DNA of 59,138 nt, the filler included, from Nitrospinae bacterium RIFCSPLOWO2_12_FULL_45_22 (GTDB lineage Bacteria > 2-12-FULL-45-22): assembly GCA_001803565.1 (NCBI GenBank). It is 6 parts of 6 records of this genome, joined end to end, with 100 filler letters (N's around TTAATTAATTAA, not from the genome) between each part and the next. Parts side by side here need not be neighbours in the genome. Positions count along the whole stretch, not along the records: positions 37,162 to 53,718 come from MHDQ01000258.1; positions 53,819 to 59,138 come from MHDQ01000260.1; 4 more parts are not named here. One strand, written 5' to 3'. Below are positions 48,387 to 59,117 of this stretch, piece by piece (the first letter of the stretch is position 1; each line of letters starts with the position of its first letter). The position numbers and the translations under genes were made by a program. The notes below the pieces were generated by a model, which saw nothing but the letters and a program-made list of their open reading frames with translations, was not told where the DNA came from and did not search any database.

Positions 48387-50648
48387 ATGACAGGGTATAC
48401 AGAAGCTCAAGATTTGAGTCCTTCGTCTAGATCCACAGCTAAGGCTATTCTGCGGCTAGCAGGTTTGTCATGCGCCTCTTGTGTTAATCGAGTAGAGAAG
48501 TCATTGAGTCATACCCCCGGAATAATCAGGGCCACCGTTAATCTGGCTTCCCAGGAGGCAGTGGTTGAGTATCTGGCAGACCTTACTAACCCTGAAGGGC
48601 TTAAAAAAGTCATCGAGGCATTAGGCTATCAGGTTCTGAGCACGGGCACCGAAAAAGGCCTAGAAGCGCCAAACGAGGAGCTCCGGGAAAAGGGGTATTA
48701 TCGGCTTAGAAAGAAATTTGTTATCAGCGCCATCCTGGGTGGCCTTGTTATGCTTATCAGTATGTCAATCCATTCTCCTTCACCAGCATTATTTTTTACC
48801 TTATTCTTATTAACTACACCGGTGTTTGTCTGGGGTGGGGCGCAATTCTTTGTGGGCGCCTGGAAGGCCCTGAGACAAAAGACGGCTGATATGAATACCT
48901 TGATAGTTATTGGTACCTCGGCCGCATACCTATACAGTACTGCGGTCACCTTCTCACCATCATTATTTGCGAGTACGGGACAAAAACCCCTGGTCTATTT
49001 TGATACTACCGCTATGATTATTGTCCTTATTTTGCTGGGTAGAATGCTGGAGGAGCGGGCTAAGGGCAGGACTACTCAGGCCATAGTGAGGCTTATGGGC
49101 TTAAGACCTAAGACAGCATGGGTATTGAGAGGAGTACAGGAGATAGAAATACCAGTAGAAGAGATCAGGGTAGGGGACCTGATCATGGTAAAGCCCGGGG
49201 AAAAAATCCCGGTAGACGGTATTGTAACCGAAGGGCAATCCCTGGTAGACGAGTCTATGTTAACAGGAGAGAGTCTACCAGTAGAAAAAAGAGTAGGGGA
49301 TGAAGTAATAGGTGCTACCATGAATAAATACGGGGGTTTTAAATTCCTGGCTACTAAGGTAGGGAAGGATACAGCCCTGGCCCAGATAATCCGGCTGGTA
49401 CAGGAAGCACAGGGCTCTAAAGCCCCTATTCAGCGTATGGCGGATCTGGTAGCGGCCTATTTTGTCCCTTCTGTACTGGGGATAGCGGTACTTACTTTCT
49501 TTATCTGGCATTTCCTGGGGCCATCAGCATCCTTTACTTTTGCCTTGCTTAATTTTATTGCGGTACTTATTATTGCCTGCCCTTGTGCGATGGGCCTGGC
49601 TACCCCTACGGCTATAATGGTCGGTACCGGCAAAGGGGCTGAGTATGGCGTCCTGATCAAAGGCGGTGAAAGTCTGGAAACCTTGCACAAAATAGATACT
49701 ATTGTTTTTGATAAGACCGGTACCCTTACTAAGGGGGAGCCGCGGGTAACGGATATCTATCCCTTGCCTGGTTATGATCTTAATGAGGTGCTAAGATGGG
49801 CCGCTTCAGCCGAAAAGGGTTCTGAGCACCCTTTAGCCAGGGCTGTTGTTGAAATAGCAAGAGAAAAGGGAATTGCAATAGAAGATCATGAAGGATTAGA
49901 GGCTATACCCGGTTATGGTGTTAAGGCCCAAATAAATGGTAAGATGGTCCTACTGGGTAATCAAAAATATATGGAGCAGCAAGGGGTTGAATTAAATGGA
50001 CTGGAAAAGCAAGCCGGCATATTTTCTGCGCAGGGTAAGACTCCTATCTTTGTCGCCCTGGGGCTAAAGAGTTTAGGGTTATTGGCAGTAGCAGATACCT
50101 TGAAAGAAAGCTCAGCAGAAGCCCTGGGGAAGCTAAAAGCCCGTAGCTTACACCTGGTTATGATAACAGGGGATAATGAACGAACTGCCGGGGCTATTGC
50201 CCATATGCTAGGTATCCAACAGGTTATGGCGGACGTATTACCACAAGAAAAGGCGCTAGAAATAAAAAAACTGCAAGCCCAGGGTAAGACTGTGGCTATG
50301 GTAGGAGACGGGATCAATGATGCACCGGCACTGGCCCAAGCCCATGTAGGTATAGCCCTCGGTACCGGGACGGATGTGGCGATGGAGAGTGCAGACATTA
50401 CCTTGATGCAAGATAATTTGTTAGGTATAGTGAGGGCTATAGCCCTTAGCAATAGAACCATGCGGACCATAAAACAAAATCTTTTCTGGGCCTTTTTCTA
50501 TAATGTAGTGGCTATACCGGTTGCCGCTGGCGCCTTATACCCCCGGTGGGGGATATTGTTGGATCCTATGATTGCAGCCGGGGCTATGGCCTTCAGCTCG
50601 GTATCGGTAGTGACCAATTCCTTAAGGTTGAGGCAGCTTAGGCTGTAG
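48387..50648 (+). CDS. copA: Cu(I)-translocating P1B ATPase
   Basis: CASC HMA domain, TGE, CPC, DKTGT, SEHP, GDGIND, YN and MAFSS. Confidence 0.95.
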   Translation: MTGYTEAQDLSPSSRSTAKAILRLAGLSCASCVNRVEKSLSHTPGIIRATVNLASQEAVVEYLADLTNPEGLKKVIEALGYQVLSTGTEKGLEAPNEELREKGYYRLRKKFVISAILGGLVMLISMSIHSPSPALFFTLFLLTTPVFVWGGAQFFVGAWKALRQKTADMNTLIVIGTSAAYLYSTAVTFSPSLFASTGQKPLVYFDTTAMIIVLILLGRMLEERAKGRTTQAIVRLMGLRPKTAWVLRGVQEIEIPVEEIRVGDLIMVKPGEKIPVDGIVTEGQSLVDESMLTGESLPVEKRVGDEVIGATMNKYGGFKFLATKVGKDTALAQIIRLVQEAQGSKAPIQRMADLVAAYFVPSVLGIAVLTFFIWHFLGPSASFTFALLNFIAVLIIACPCAMGLATPTAIMVGTGKGAEYGVLIKGGESLETLHKIDTIVFDKTGTLTKGEPRVTDIYPLPGYDLNEVLRWAASAEKGSEHPLARAVVEIAREKGIAIEDHEGLEAIPGYGVKAQINGKMVLLGNQKYMEQQGVELNGLEKQAGIFSAQGKTPIFVALGLKSLGLLAVADTLKESSAEALGKLKARSLHLVMITGDNERTAGAIAHMLGIQQVMADVLPQEKALEIKKLQAQGKTVAMVGDGINDAPALAQAHVGIALGTGTDVAMESADITLMQDNLLGIVRAIALSNRTMRTIKQNLFWAFFYNVVAIPVAAGALYPRWGILLDPMIAAGAMAFSSVSVVTNSLRLRQLRL

Positions 50649-50658
50649 GGAGGTAATC

Positions 50659-51615
50659 ATGCCAGAGTTGAGAAGAGAAGCGATATTGCGGCGATGGGTA
50701 GCTATATCTGACCCGCCGGCGATAGAGACCGCAGAAGGTTGCCCCTTTTGTCCGGGGAACGAGGCCAGGACCCCACCCGAGACCTATGCCTTAAGAGAAC
50801 CACCTGGGCCACCTAATAGCACCGGCTGGCAAGTCAGGGTTGTCTCTAATAAATACCCATTTTTCCGGTTAGAGGGTGGGATGGCTAAGAGGGCTGAAGG
50901 GATGTATGATCTGATGAATAATCTAGGGGCTCATGAAATCGTCATAGAGACCCCTGACCACGAAGAAACCTGGCCCCAGATGGAATTAAGGCAGTTGGAG
51001 AATATCATAAAGGCCTATCGCCAACGGTATATGGAACTTAGGGGGGACCCCCGTTTTAAACAGATCTTTGTTGCTCGCCACAACCGAAGGTCCGCCCATG
51101 ATTACCATAACTCTCTGTCCCACATTGTAACTATGGCTGTAATACCACGAAGGATAGATGAGGAGATCAATGGGACGCTGGATTATTTGCGGAGAAAAGA
51201 CCGCTGTATTTTTTGCGATATAATATACCAGGAACAAAGGGACCAGACCCGCGTGATTATTGATACCGAGAGCTTCCTTACCTTCGCACCATATGCCTCC
51301 AGGTATCGCTATGAGACCTGGGTAATGCCCAAGGGTCACCTGCCCGATTTTGCCCGGATTACCGACCCTCAGATTAGCGACCTGGCTTATAATCTAAAGA
51401 CAATTTATACCAAATTTCAAAAGGCCCTGGATGACCCCGTTGTTAGTTTTATCCTCCATACTACCCCATTGCAAGAGGCTTACCGGGAAGAGTATCATTG
51501 GCATATTGAACTTAGGCCGAGGCTGGAAAGACAGCCTGGGTTTGAATGGGGAACCGGCTTCTTTATAAATTTTGTCGCACCGGAGAGGGCCGCTGCTGCC
51601 TTAAGAGAAGCATAA
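50659..51615 (+). CDS. GalT-like (HIT superfamily) nucleotidylyltransferase homologue lacking HxHxQ
   Basis: CPFCPGNE..TPPE, VRVVSNKYP, GAHEIVIE, YHWHIE, GFEWGTG. Confidence 0.85.
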   Translation: MPELRREAILRRWVAISDPPAIETAEGCPFCPGNEARTPPETYALREPPGPPNSTGWQVRVVSNKYPFFRLEGGMAKRAEGMYDLMNNLGAHEIVIETPDHEETWPQMELRQLENIIKAYRQRYMELRGDPRFKQIFVARHNRRSAHDYHNSLSHIVTMAVIPRRIDEEINGTLDYLRRKDRCIFCDIIYQEQRDQTRVIIDTESFLTFAPYASRYRYETWVMPKGHLPDFARITDPQISDLAYNLKTIYTKFQKALDDPVVSFILHTTPLQEAYREEYHWHIELRPRLERQPGFEWGTGFFINFVAPERAAAALREA

Positions 51616-51665
51616 TAGAAATATAAGCGTTCAGCTTTCAGCCGTCAGCTTTCAACTAAATCAAT

Positions 51666-51758
51666 CGTGAGGCGTAAGGAATAAGAGGGTAAGGGGTAAA
51701 GCGTGAGAGCGTGAGGCGTAAGGAGATACTCCTCACGCCTTACGCCTTACGCCTTACG
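51666..51758. repeat. Heptamer-repeat palindrome
   Basis: CGTGAGG/CGTAAGG units followed by inverted CCTCACG/CCTTACG units. Confidence 0.7.
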
Positions 51759-51826
51759 ATAAGTTTTGTGGCCGATGAATGCTCAAAGTTCTTAGATAAA
51801 CAACATAGAGAACCTTGGGGGAGAAA

Positions 51827-52984
51827 ATGTTTCATACTGCTACCTGGCAGGATATAGTAGCGGGAAAGATTACTGATGTATACTTTCTCAGGGCCCTGGA
51901 GGTTCTTAAGGCTAAAGGGATAGATAAGCGGGTAACCGCGGAATTTATTGCCAAGTCTTTTCCGCATGACCGGGAATGGGCCGTTTTAGCTGGGATAGAG
52001 GAATGTGCCAAGTTGTTCCAGCATCTAAAGGTAAATGTGAGGGCTATGGAGGAAGGGACTGTATTCCGGCCATATGAGCCGGTATTGGAGATTGAGGGGT
52101 TATATAGCCAATTTTGTACCTTTGAGACCGCTCTCCTGGGATTCTTATGCCAGGCATCTGGTATTGCTACTAAGGCGGCCCGCTGTAAGAAACTAGCGGA
52201 CGGGCGGCGGGTGATAAGCTTTGGTGCCCGGCGTATGCATCCATCCCTGGCCCCTATGATCGAGCGAAATGCCTTCATCGGTGGCTGTGATGGTGTGGCA
52301 GTGGTAGCCAGTGCGGAGCTTATTGCCCAGGACCCTATCGGCACTATGCCCCATGCCCTGATCTTAATCTTAGGAGATACCGTCGAAGCACTAAGGGCCT
52401 TCCATGAGGTAATGCCGCCCGGGATAAGCCGGGTAGCCCTGATTGATACTTTTAATGATGAGAAGATCGAGGCGCTACGAGTAGCCGAGGCCCTGGGTAA
52501 AGACCTGGATGCTATAAGACTGGATACACCCTGGTCTCGTCGGGGAGATTTTTATCGTATCCTGGAGGAGGTGCGCTGGGAACTAGATATCCGCGGTTAT
52601 AACCAGGTAAAACTATATGTCAGTGGCGGTATTGACGAAGATGATATTCGGGAATTAAATCCTTTAGTAGATGCCTATGGTGTAGGAACAGCTATAAGTA
52701 ATGCACCGGTTATAGACTTTGCTATGGATATTGTAGAGATTGAAGGAAAGCCCAGGGCCAAGCGGGGTAAATGGTCTGGGGCCAAGCGGGTCATGCGCTG
52801 CCAGCAATGCTTTCAGGATAAGATCGTCCCTAAAACCCAAATGCTTGATGCTTGCTCTTGTGGGGGCCGTTTAGAAGACCTATTGATCCCTATGATTCAC
52901 GAAGGGCAACTGGTTAGCCCTTTACCTCCCTCCCAGAAGATCAGGGAAAGAGTATTAGCCCAATTACAAAATATAGTTATATAA
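51827..52984 (+). CDS. pncB: Nicotinate phosphoribosyltransferase
   Basis: TDVYF, SFGARRMHP, GTMPHAL, LIDTF, IRLDTP, VSGGI, YGVGT. Confidence 0.92.
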   Translation: MFHTATWQDIVAGKITDVYFLRALEVLKAKGIDKRVTAEFIAKSFPHDREWAVLAGIEECAKLFQHLKVNVRAMEEGTVFRPYEPVLEIEGLYSQFCTFETALLGFLCQASGIATKAARCKKLADGRRVISFGARRMHPSLAPMIERNAFIGGCDGVAVVASAELIAQDPIGTMPHALILILGDTVEALRAFHEVMPPGISRVALIDTFNDEKIEALRVAEALGKDLDAIRLDTPWSRRGDFYRILEEVRWELDIRGYNQVKLYVSGGIDEDDIRELNPLVDAYGVGTAISNAPVIDFAMDIVEIEGKPRAKRGKWSGAKRVMRCQQCFQDKIVPKTQMLDACSCGGRLEDLLIPMIHEGQLVSPLPPSQKIRERVLAQLQNIVI

Positions 52985-53006
52985 TTTCAAATTATACACC
53001 ACTTCA

Positions 53007-53234
53007 TTATCGAGAAGTCTCATCTACTTCATAAAATATCCGATATTTGCCAGAGCGTAGTTCCCAAGAAGCAATCGGGCTGTCTCGAAGTTTTTTTCGG
53101 TTCTTTGTTTCAATCAAAGGTTGGTGCGTAAGCTGAACCCGGATTTTCTCAGTGATGAGTTTTCGCTCGAAGACAGTATAATAATATAAGTCAGCTTTCG
53201 CCTCCTCCGTTACTTCGATTTGGTATTCAAGCAT
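53007..53234 (-). CDS. RelE/ParE-family toxin cassette, possibly C-terminally truncated
   Basis: YQIEVTEEAKADL...WELRSGKYRIFYEVD; starts about 30 nt after an attC core. Confidence 0.75.
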   Translation of the reverse strand: MLEYQIEVTEEAKADLYYYTVFERKLITEKIRVQLTHQPLIETKNRKKLRDSPIASWELRSGKYRIFYEVDETSR

Positions 53235-53265
53235 TTAAAAGAGACCCGGGTGAAACAGCAGTTAA

Positions 53266-53362
53266 AGGCAACGACAAGCTCACTTGCGCATCTGGCGTGC
53301 GGCTTGCGGCACTTTGCAAGGCGCATGACAGTAAAGCGTTGATGTGGAGCGGATTGTTAGGC
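53266..53362 (-). mobile_element. attC site on the minus strand (97 bp)
   Basis: Minus strand GCCTAAC-AATCC-GCTCCAC ... GTGAGC-TTGTC-GTTGCCT, just after the antitoxin stop. Confidence 0.8.
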
Positions 53363-53369
53363 AGGGTTA

Positions 53370-53669
53370 TTACTTTGCCTTAGCAACTGTCCTGAGTTTT
53401 CCTGGTATAAGTTGGATCAAGGAGCGTAACGCCTTATTGACAGCATCGGAGTCAGGAAAATACTTCCGCACATCTGATTCCAGCATTACCGCACCCTCTT
53501 CAAGCTTAAAATACTGGACAGCGGTCGTACCATCGGCTTTGTGAATTTTAACCTCGTGACCTTTACGATAGGCTTTGTAATACTTGCCTCGCACGCCGCC
53601 GCTAAAATCATATTCAGAGAGCATGTCGTCTTTCTCCGAACTCTCTCTTTTAGAGCTTATCTTCTTCAT
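53370..53669 (-). CDS. BrnA-like antitoxin
   Basis: DDMLSEYDFSGGVRGKY...LESDVRKYFPDSDAVNKALR; overlaps the toxin end. Confidence 0.8.
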   Translation of the reverse strand: MKKISSKRESSEKDDMLSEYDFSGGVRGKYYKAYRKGHEVKIHKADGTTAVQYFKLEEGAVMLESDVRKYFPDSDAVNKALRSLIQLIPGKLRTVAKAK

Positions 53670-53718
53670 ATGCCTTCCTTTCCATTTTTGTAGCCCTGCG
53701 ACAACTTATGATGCGTAT
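53650..53718 (-). CDS. BrnT-family toxin C-terminus, truncated by contig end
   Basis: Manual translation IRIISCRRATKMERKAYEEDKL*. Confidence 0.8.
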   Translation of the reverse strand: MRIISCRRATKMERKAYEEDKL

Positions 53719-53821
53719 NNNNNNNNNNNNNNNNNNNNNNNNNNNNNNNNNNNNNNNNNNNNTTAATTAATTAANNNNNNNNNNNNNNNNNNNNNNNNNN
53801 NNNNNNNNNNNNNNNNNNGGT

Positions 53822-54148
53822 TTGCCTGATGATAGTCTCTATTTCTTTGACCCTGCATTAAACCTCAATCCTGCCGATTCTGCAGATCCCCGGAGTTTCA
53901 TCCCTTTGGCCCAAGGAGTTACTCTTTTTCCCGGGTTCGTATTTCCCGGCCCCGGTGAAATGAATGCTGACAGCGATGGTAATGGCAAGCTGGACAGCTA
54001 CCGCCTTTTCTCCGTAACCCTGCCTCCGAACTTACCCGCAGGGGTATATTATGCCTTTGCCGCCTTAGCTGAACCCGGCACAGTTCGGAGCGGTAACGCC
54101 AAACTAATCGGGCAGGTCAGCATTGCTCCTTTTACGATTAACCGTTAG
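53822..54148 (+). CDS. C-terminal domain of a paralogous surface protein, truncated
   Basis: Strongly similar to the last ~108 aa of 54191-58429. Confidence 0.85.
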   Translation: MPDDSLYFFDPALNLNPADSADPRSFIPLAQGVTLFPGFVFPGPGEMNADSDGNGKLDSYRLFSVTLPPNLPAGVYYAFAALAEPGTVRSGNAKLIGQVSIAPFTINR

Positions 54149-54190
54149 CAGATTAATTGATTGACTGTGGGTTTAATAATTGGTTTTCCT

Positions 54191-57100
54191 ATGCTACGAG
54201 TACCGGCTAGAAATGTTAAGCTTTTCTTTTTGCTACTATTAATGGTAGGGCTGATTTTCTTGTCCACCAGTCCGGGTTGGGCAGCAAGGATTAAAGCTAT
54301 AAATGTCATACCAGATCCCACGAAATATCGCGATTGGGCCAGAATGCCATCGCTAAATGATAAAGGGCAGATAGCCTTTATAGCTGGTATCTTTCAGGAT
54401 GCTTTTCCGGATAGAACCGATGTCTTATTCTATGATGGTAACACCTTTACTAACATTACCGCGGATATGGATATTAGTCCGCACGCGGCTAATAATTGGC
54501 CCAACAACCCTATCCTCAATAATTATGGCCAGATAGCCTTTCATAAGGGAGGCGATATCTATTTTTATGATGGTATCAGTATCAAGAATATTACCGGCAA
54601 ACTCGAGATAGAACCTTATGATCTTTATCTTTATAGCTATGTGCTTAATGATTCAGGTCAGATCGCTTTCCCAGCCACTTCTTCCGCTGGGTATGATGTC
54701 TATTTTTATGATGGGACCTCGATCATCAATATCACGGCTGATTTGGATATGGATGCTGGTGCCCCCAGTCTCAATGATAATGGCCAGATTGCCTTCCATG
54801 TCTATGGTGCCGCGGCTAATCATTGGGATATCTATTATTATGATGGCGTGACCCTTACCAATATTACCGCCAGTTTGGATATCTCTGCCTATTCACCCAT
54901 TATTAATAATAAAGGACAAATAGCCTTCCGGGGCCAGACCGGCGAGTCAGGGCATCATGATATCTACCTTTATGATAGCACGGGCATTATTAATATCACT
55001 GCCCAGGCAGGTATTTATCTTGATGCCGATTTTTACCATGCCCTTTGGTTAAATAATAATGGTCAATTGGTCTTTAACGGTACTGATAGGTTCTCGGACA
55101 AATGGCTCACGGATAAAACAGGGATCTATCTTTACGAGGGAACTGCCCTCACACACATCTCCTCTTACTCCAGTCGGCTTAGCCTGAATGACCGGGGTCA
55201 AATAGCCTTTTTCTCGTCGCAAGGACCGTTTCCCACTAATGTCTATTTTTATGATGGGAAGAGCATAGTTTATAGAGGTCCAGGAGGATGTTCAGAAGGC
55301 ATTATACACCTCAATAACAAAGCCCAGATAGTCTATGAGACACCGGCATGTACCTTTGGCCAATCGATCTATTTTTTTGATGGGACTTATAGCAGTAATA
55401 TCGTAGAATTGCCCAGATCAGCTAATCTCAGGATCAGCAAGGTAGTAGCCAATGAAAATAGTTTCTCAGCCGAGGACCCTGCCCTCAATGATCAGGGACA
55501 GATAGCCTTTGTGGGACAGGATCGTGGGGACTATTATAAAGATGTCTATCTCTATGAGGGAGATAAAATAACCAATATTACCGCGGATTTAAAGGTTCAT
55601 GCCCAGGCCCCGGCCATTAATAATAGCGGCCAGATAGCCTTTTTGGCTAGTGATTTTAACGCTCAGAAGCCTGATATTTATTTTTATAATGGTCAAAACC
55701 TTGAAAATATTACAGCCGATCTAAATATCTCAGTTAGCGGCCCCAGCCTCAATGATCTCGGTCAAATAGCCTTTCTAGGCTCTTACTCATACGGCAGCCC
55801 TGATCAGGGTTATAAACAGATTCATCATATATATTTTTATGATGGGTCCGAAGTGACCAATATGACGGCCAATTTAAATATTTCAGTGATATATAATTAT
55901 AGCATTGGCCTTAATAATAAAGGTCAGATTGCATTCTGGGCTCAGGATAGCTCTTCCGGCCGTAAGGATATTTATATTATGGATGGTACCAAACTCATCA
56001 ATATCACTTCCCGACTAAATGACGTAGAATTCAGCTACATGCCTGATGTTGATCTAAATGATCATGGCCAATTGACCTTTTCTGCTCATATACCGGCTTC
56101 TGGGAGGTATGGAGTTTATTTTTATGATGGGATTGCATTTAAATATACCCCTGCCCTTTCAGATCTTCCCATTGGCCGCCCAAATATCAACAACCAAGGT
56201 CAAGTTGCCTTCATTAGCTGGGATCAGCAGAATCCGCATGTTTATCTCTATGATAGGGATATATTGATTGATATTACTGCTAACTTAGAGGTTAAGTCCT
56301 TTAGGCTAAGTGGCTTGAGCTTAAACAATAAGGGTCAGGTAGCTATTGGTTATACACCTTACCCTTATGGGTATAATAAAAGTCAACAGGATATCGCCTT
56401 CTATGATGGGCAAAAGTTTATCAATATTACCCATAATGAAACTAAATATTGCCCTTGCTCTTCCCTTGACATTAATGATAAAGGTCAAACTGTATTTTCA
56501 GGAAGAGACTCTGCCGACAGAATAGCCCTCTATTTCTATGATGGGAGAGACTTTACCAATATTATTTCTGATAGCAATATTAGCCATTACTCTGCAACTC
56601 AGCTTTACCCCAGTTTGAATAATAAAGGTCAGGTTGCCTTTTCCACCCCACAATTTTATTTGCATGGCCCTTCTCCTAATGATATTTATTTCTACGATGG
56701 GAACATCCTTAAGCATATTACCGCCAATATGAGGCTATCAGTATCTCCTCCCAGCTTGAATAATAATGGCTGGATAGCCTTCTCGGGCGCTACCTGGGAT
56801 GAACATTGGAAGCAAATATCCAATATTTACCTTTATGATGGTAATACCCTTAAGAATCTTACCGCGGATTTAAGAATCTTGGCTAATCCACCCACCTGGG
56901 CTATTTCGCCCAGCCTCAATGATCGGGGTCAGATAGGATTTACAGTATATAAAAAGGATTACACCCGTTCAGATATCTACCTTTATGATGGGGAGAAGTT
57001 TAGCAATATTACCAGCCATTTGACCGTTTCTTCCTCAAATCCAAGCCTTAATAATAATGGACAGATAGCCTTTGAAGGTTTTGACGACGCCACTGGCCGC

Positions 57101-58429
57101 CGGGACATCTATCTTTATGATGGAAAGCAGATCACCAATATCACTGCCAAGCTAGCTTTTTCTACCTCATCGCCTGTACTGAATGATTATGGTCAGATAG
57201 CCTTTAAAAAATGGATTCGTGAAGCCACTGCCGTAGGGTCCCCTGCATATATAGTATTGCCGGCGGAAGAGGTCTATTTTTATAATGGCAGCAAGATCAT
57301 CGAGGTCATCCACCAGATAAAGGTAGACTATCTTGACCTTTCTTTGAATAATCAAGGCCAGATAGCCTTTAGTGATAAATATAATATCTATCTTGCTCAG
57401 CCTAATAAGTCACCTATAGCAGAGGCAAGTAATAATCAGAAGGTTGTCCCTGGCTCTACAGTAAAGCTGGATGGCTCAGGCAGTAGCGATCCGGAAGACG
57501 ATCCCCTCTCCTACTCGTGGTTCTTGGTGGCAAAGCCAGCGGGTAGTAATGCCTATCTAGCTGATCAGAATAAGTCAAGTCCTAGCTTATTAACCGATCT
57601 GGCAGGTATCTATGAAGTACAATTGGTAGTCGGTGACGGTATAGATGAGAGTGCTCCGGATAAAGTAATTATTACTGCGGTTGGTCCCAAACAAGGCCCC
57701 GTGGCTTATGGCGGCCCTGATCAGGTGGTATCTACTGGCTCTACCGTTATTCTTAATGGGGCTAATAGTTATAGCCCCAATGACGATGATCTAGTCTACA
57801 ACTGGTCCATTATCTCCAAACCGGATGATAGTAGGACCCCTCTGGCGAATGCGTATGGTGAAAAATGGGCCCTTATAGCGGATGCAGATGGTATCTATGA
57901 AGTACAGCTGATAGTCAGTAATGATCAATCAGTAAGTGAACCTGATACCGTGACCATCATTGCCCTGGGAAAAGGCGCAAAGATCAGAGTAGCCTCCAAT
58001 AAATCTCAATATATGCCGGGTGATACCCTCCAGCTATATATCTGGACCGGTAATGCCACCATAACGCCAGAAGTTAAAGCCGATGTCTTTATGGGAATCG
58101 GCTTCCCTAATGGCAGGCTCTATTTCTTTGACCCGGCCTTGAACCTGAAACCAGCTAACCCTACTGATCCAGGGAGCTTCATACCCTTTGCCCAGGGAGC
58201 TATCCTGACCTCCGGTTTCGTATTTCCCACCTCGGCCGAGATGAATGCCGACAGCGATGGCAACGGCAAGTTGGATACCTTTCGCCTCTTCTCGGTAACC
58301 CTGCCACCTAATTTACCCCTGGGTTCCTATTTTGCCTTCGCGGCTCTAGCCGAGCCGGGCACGGCCCAGACAGGTGCCCCCAAACTCATCGGGCAGGTCA
58401 GTATCGCCTCTTTTATTATTAGCCCTTAG
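54191..58429 (+). CDS. Large exported beta-propeller repeat protein with two PKD-like domains and a conserved C-terminal domain
   Basis: Signal peptide; 22 repeats of LN(D/N)xGQIAF...IYxYDG...NITA; V.LDGSGSSDP...YSW PKD-like units. Confidence 0.88.
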   Translation: MLRVPARNVKLFFLLLLMVGLIFLSTSPGWAARIKAINVIPDPTKYRDWARMPSLNDKGQIAFIAGIFQDAFPDRTDVLFYDGNTFTNITADMDISPHAANNWPNNPILNNYGQIAFHKGGDIYFYDGISIKNITGKLEIEPYDLYLYSYVLNDSGQIAFPATSSAGYDVYFYDGTSIINITADLDMDAGAPSLNDNGQIAFHVYGAAANHWDIYYYDGVTLTNITASLDISAYSPIINNKGQIAFRGQTGESGHHDIYLYDSTGIINITAQAGIYLDADFYHALWLNNNGQLVFNGTDRFSDKWLTDKTGIYLYEGTALTHISSYSSRLSLNDRGQIAFFSSQGPFPTNVYFYDGKSIVYRGPGGCSEGIIHLNNKAQIVYETPACTFGQSIYFFDGTYSSNIVELPRSANLRISKVVANENSFSAEDPALNDQGQIAFVGQDRGDYYKDVYLYEGDKITNITADLKVHAQAPAINNSGQIAFLASDFNAQKPDIYFYNGQNLENITADLNISVSGPSLNDLGQIAFLGSYSYGSPDQGYKQIHHIYFYDGSEVTNMTANLNISVIYNYSIGLNNKGQIAFWAQDSSSGRKDIYIMDGTKLINITSRLNDVEFSYMPDVDLNDHGQLTFSAHIPASGRYGVYFYDGIAFKYTPALSDLPIGRPNINNQGQVAFISWDQQNPHVYLYDRDILIDITANLEVKSFRLSGLSLNNKGQVAIGYTPYPYGYNKSQQDIAFYDGQKFINITHNETKYCPCSSLDINDKGQTVFSGRDSADRIALYFYDGRDFTNIISDSNISHYSATQLYPSLNNKGQVAFSTPQFYLHGPSPNDIYFYDGNILKHITANMRLSVSPPSLNNNGWIAFSGATWDEHWKQISNIYLYDGNTLKNLTADLRILANPPTWAISPSLNDRGQIGFTVYKKDYTRSDIYLYDGEKFSNITSHLTVSSSNPSLNNNGQIAFEGFDDATGRRDIYLYDGKQITNITAKLAFSTSSPVLNDYGQIAFKKWIREATAVGSPAYIVLPAEEVYFYNGSKIIEVIHQIKVDYLDLSLNNQGQIAFSDKYNIYLAQPNKSPIAEASNNQKVVPGSTVKLDGSGSSDPEDDPLSYSWFLVAKPAGSNAYLADQNKSSPSLLTDLAGIYEVQLVVGDGIDESAPDKVIITAVGPKQGPVAYGGPDQVVSTGSTVILNGANSYSPNDDDLVYNWSIISKPDDSRTPLANAYGEKWALIADADGIYEVQLIVSNDQSVSEPDTVTIIALGKGAKIRVASNKSQYMPGDTLQLYIWTGNATITPEVKADVFMGIGFPNGRLYFFDPALNLKPANPTDPGSFIPFAQGAILTSGFVFPTSAEMNADSDGNGKLDTFRLFSVTLPPNLPLGSYFAFAALAEPGTAQTGAPKLIGQVSIASFIISP

Positions 58430-58445
58430 CAACTTAAAAGAAGAA

Positions 58446-59117
58446 ATGAGCAATCTGAAGTCTAGCCAATTTATTTACGTCTGCTTAATTGCAACCCTGA
58501 TTCATCTAACTTGGTTTGGTTTAGCCTGGGCTAGTAGTTTTACTATTAGCCCTATATTCGATAACCTCAGTATCTTGGTCAGCTCCCCCTCGCTTAATAA
58601 CAGAGGGCAGATAGCTTATGTAGGTAGTAAAGAAAGTATGAGCAATCGAGGGGATATATATTTTTATGATGGCACTACCCTCACAAATATCACTACCAAG
58701 CTGGATCAATCGGCCTATTCCCCTATCCTTAACAATAAAGGCCAGATCGCCTTCAGGACCCTGGCCGGCGAAGGACGGTACGAGATCTATTTCTATAATG
58801 GTACCAGCCTTACCAAGATTAGCGATGCGGCAAAGATTTTTATCCATCCCGGTAACTATTATTACCTTACCTTTAATAATGCAGGACAGATAGCGTTTAT
58901 TGGCAGCAACCTGATTAATGATTCCTCAGACCTCTATTTTTATGATGGCTCCACCATCCACAATATTACCTCTGATTTAAATATCATCGTCTCTGCCCCA
59001 GATCTTAACGATAAAGGAGAGATAGCCTTTATAGGGGATAACAATGTCCTAGCTGCATACCCCTCTGACGAGAGTTCGAGCAATGACTTCTGTACAGAGA
59101 CGAATCCGCACAGGTAG
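58446..59117 (+). CDS. Third paralog of the beta-propeller protein, N-terminal part only
   Basis: Signal peptide (AWA-S) and 4 repeats; pattern breaks at about 59050. Confidence 0.75.
   Translation: MSNLKSSQFIYVCLIATLIHLTWFGLAWASSFTISPIFDNLSILVSSPSLNNRGQIAYVGSKESMSNRGDIYFYDGTTLTNITTKLDQSAYSPILNNKGQIAFRTLAGEGRYEIYFYNGTSLTKISDAAKIFIHPGNYYYLTFNNAGQIAFIGSNLINDSSDLYFYDGSTIHNITSDLNIIVSAPDLNDKGEIAFIGDNNVLAAYPSDESSSNDFCTETNPHR

Noticed and set aside
51666-51758. Possible CRISPR array among the short repeats
   Set aside because: Units are 7-9 nt with no unique spacers, and no cas genes are in the window.
53822-58429. Possible DGR template/variable repeat pair (53822-54148 versus about 58100-58429)
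   Set aside because: Differences are mostly synonymous and not adenine-specific, both copies are coding, and no reverse transcriptase is present.
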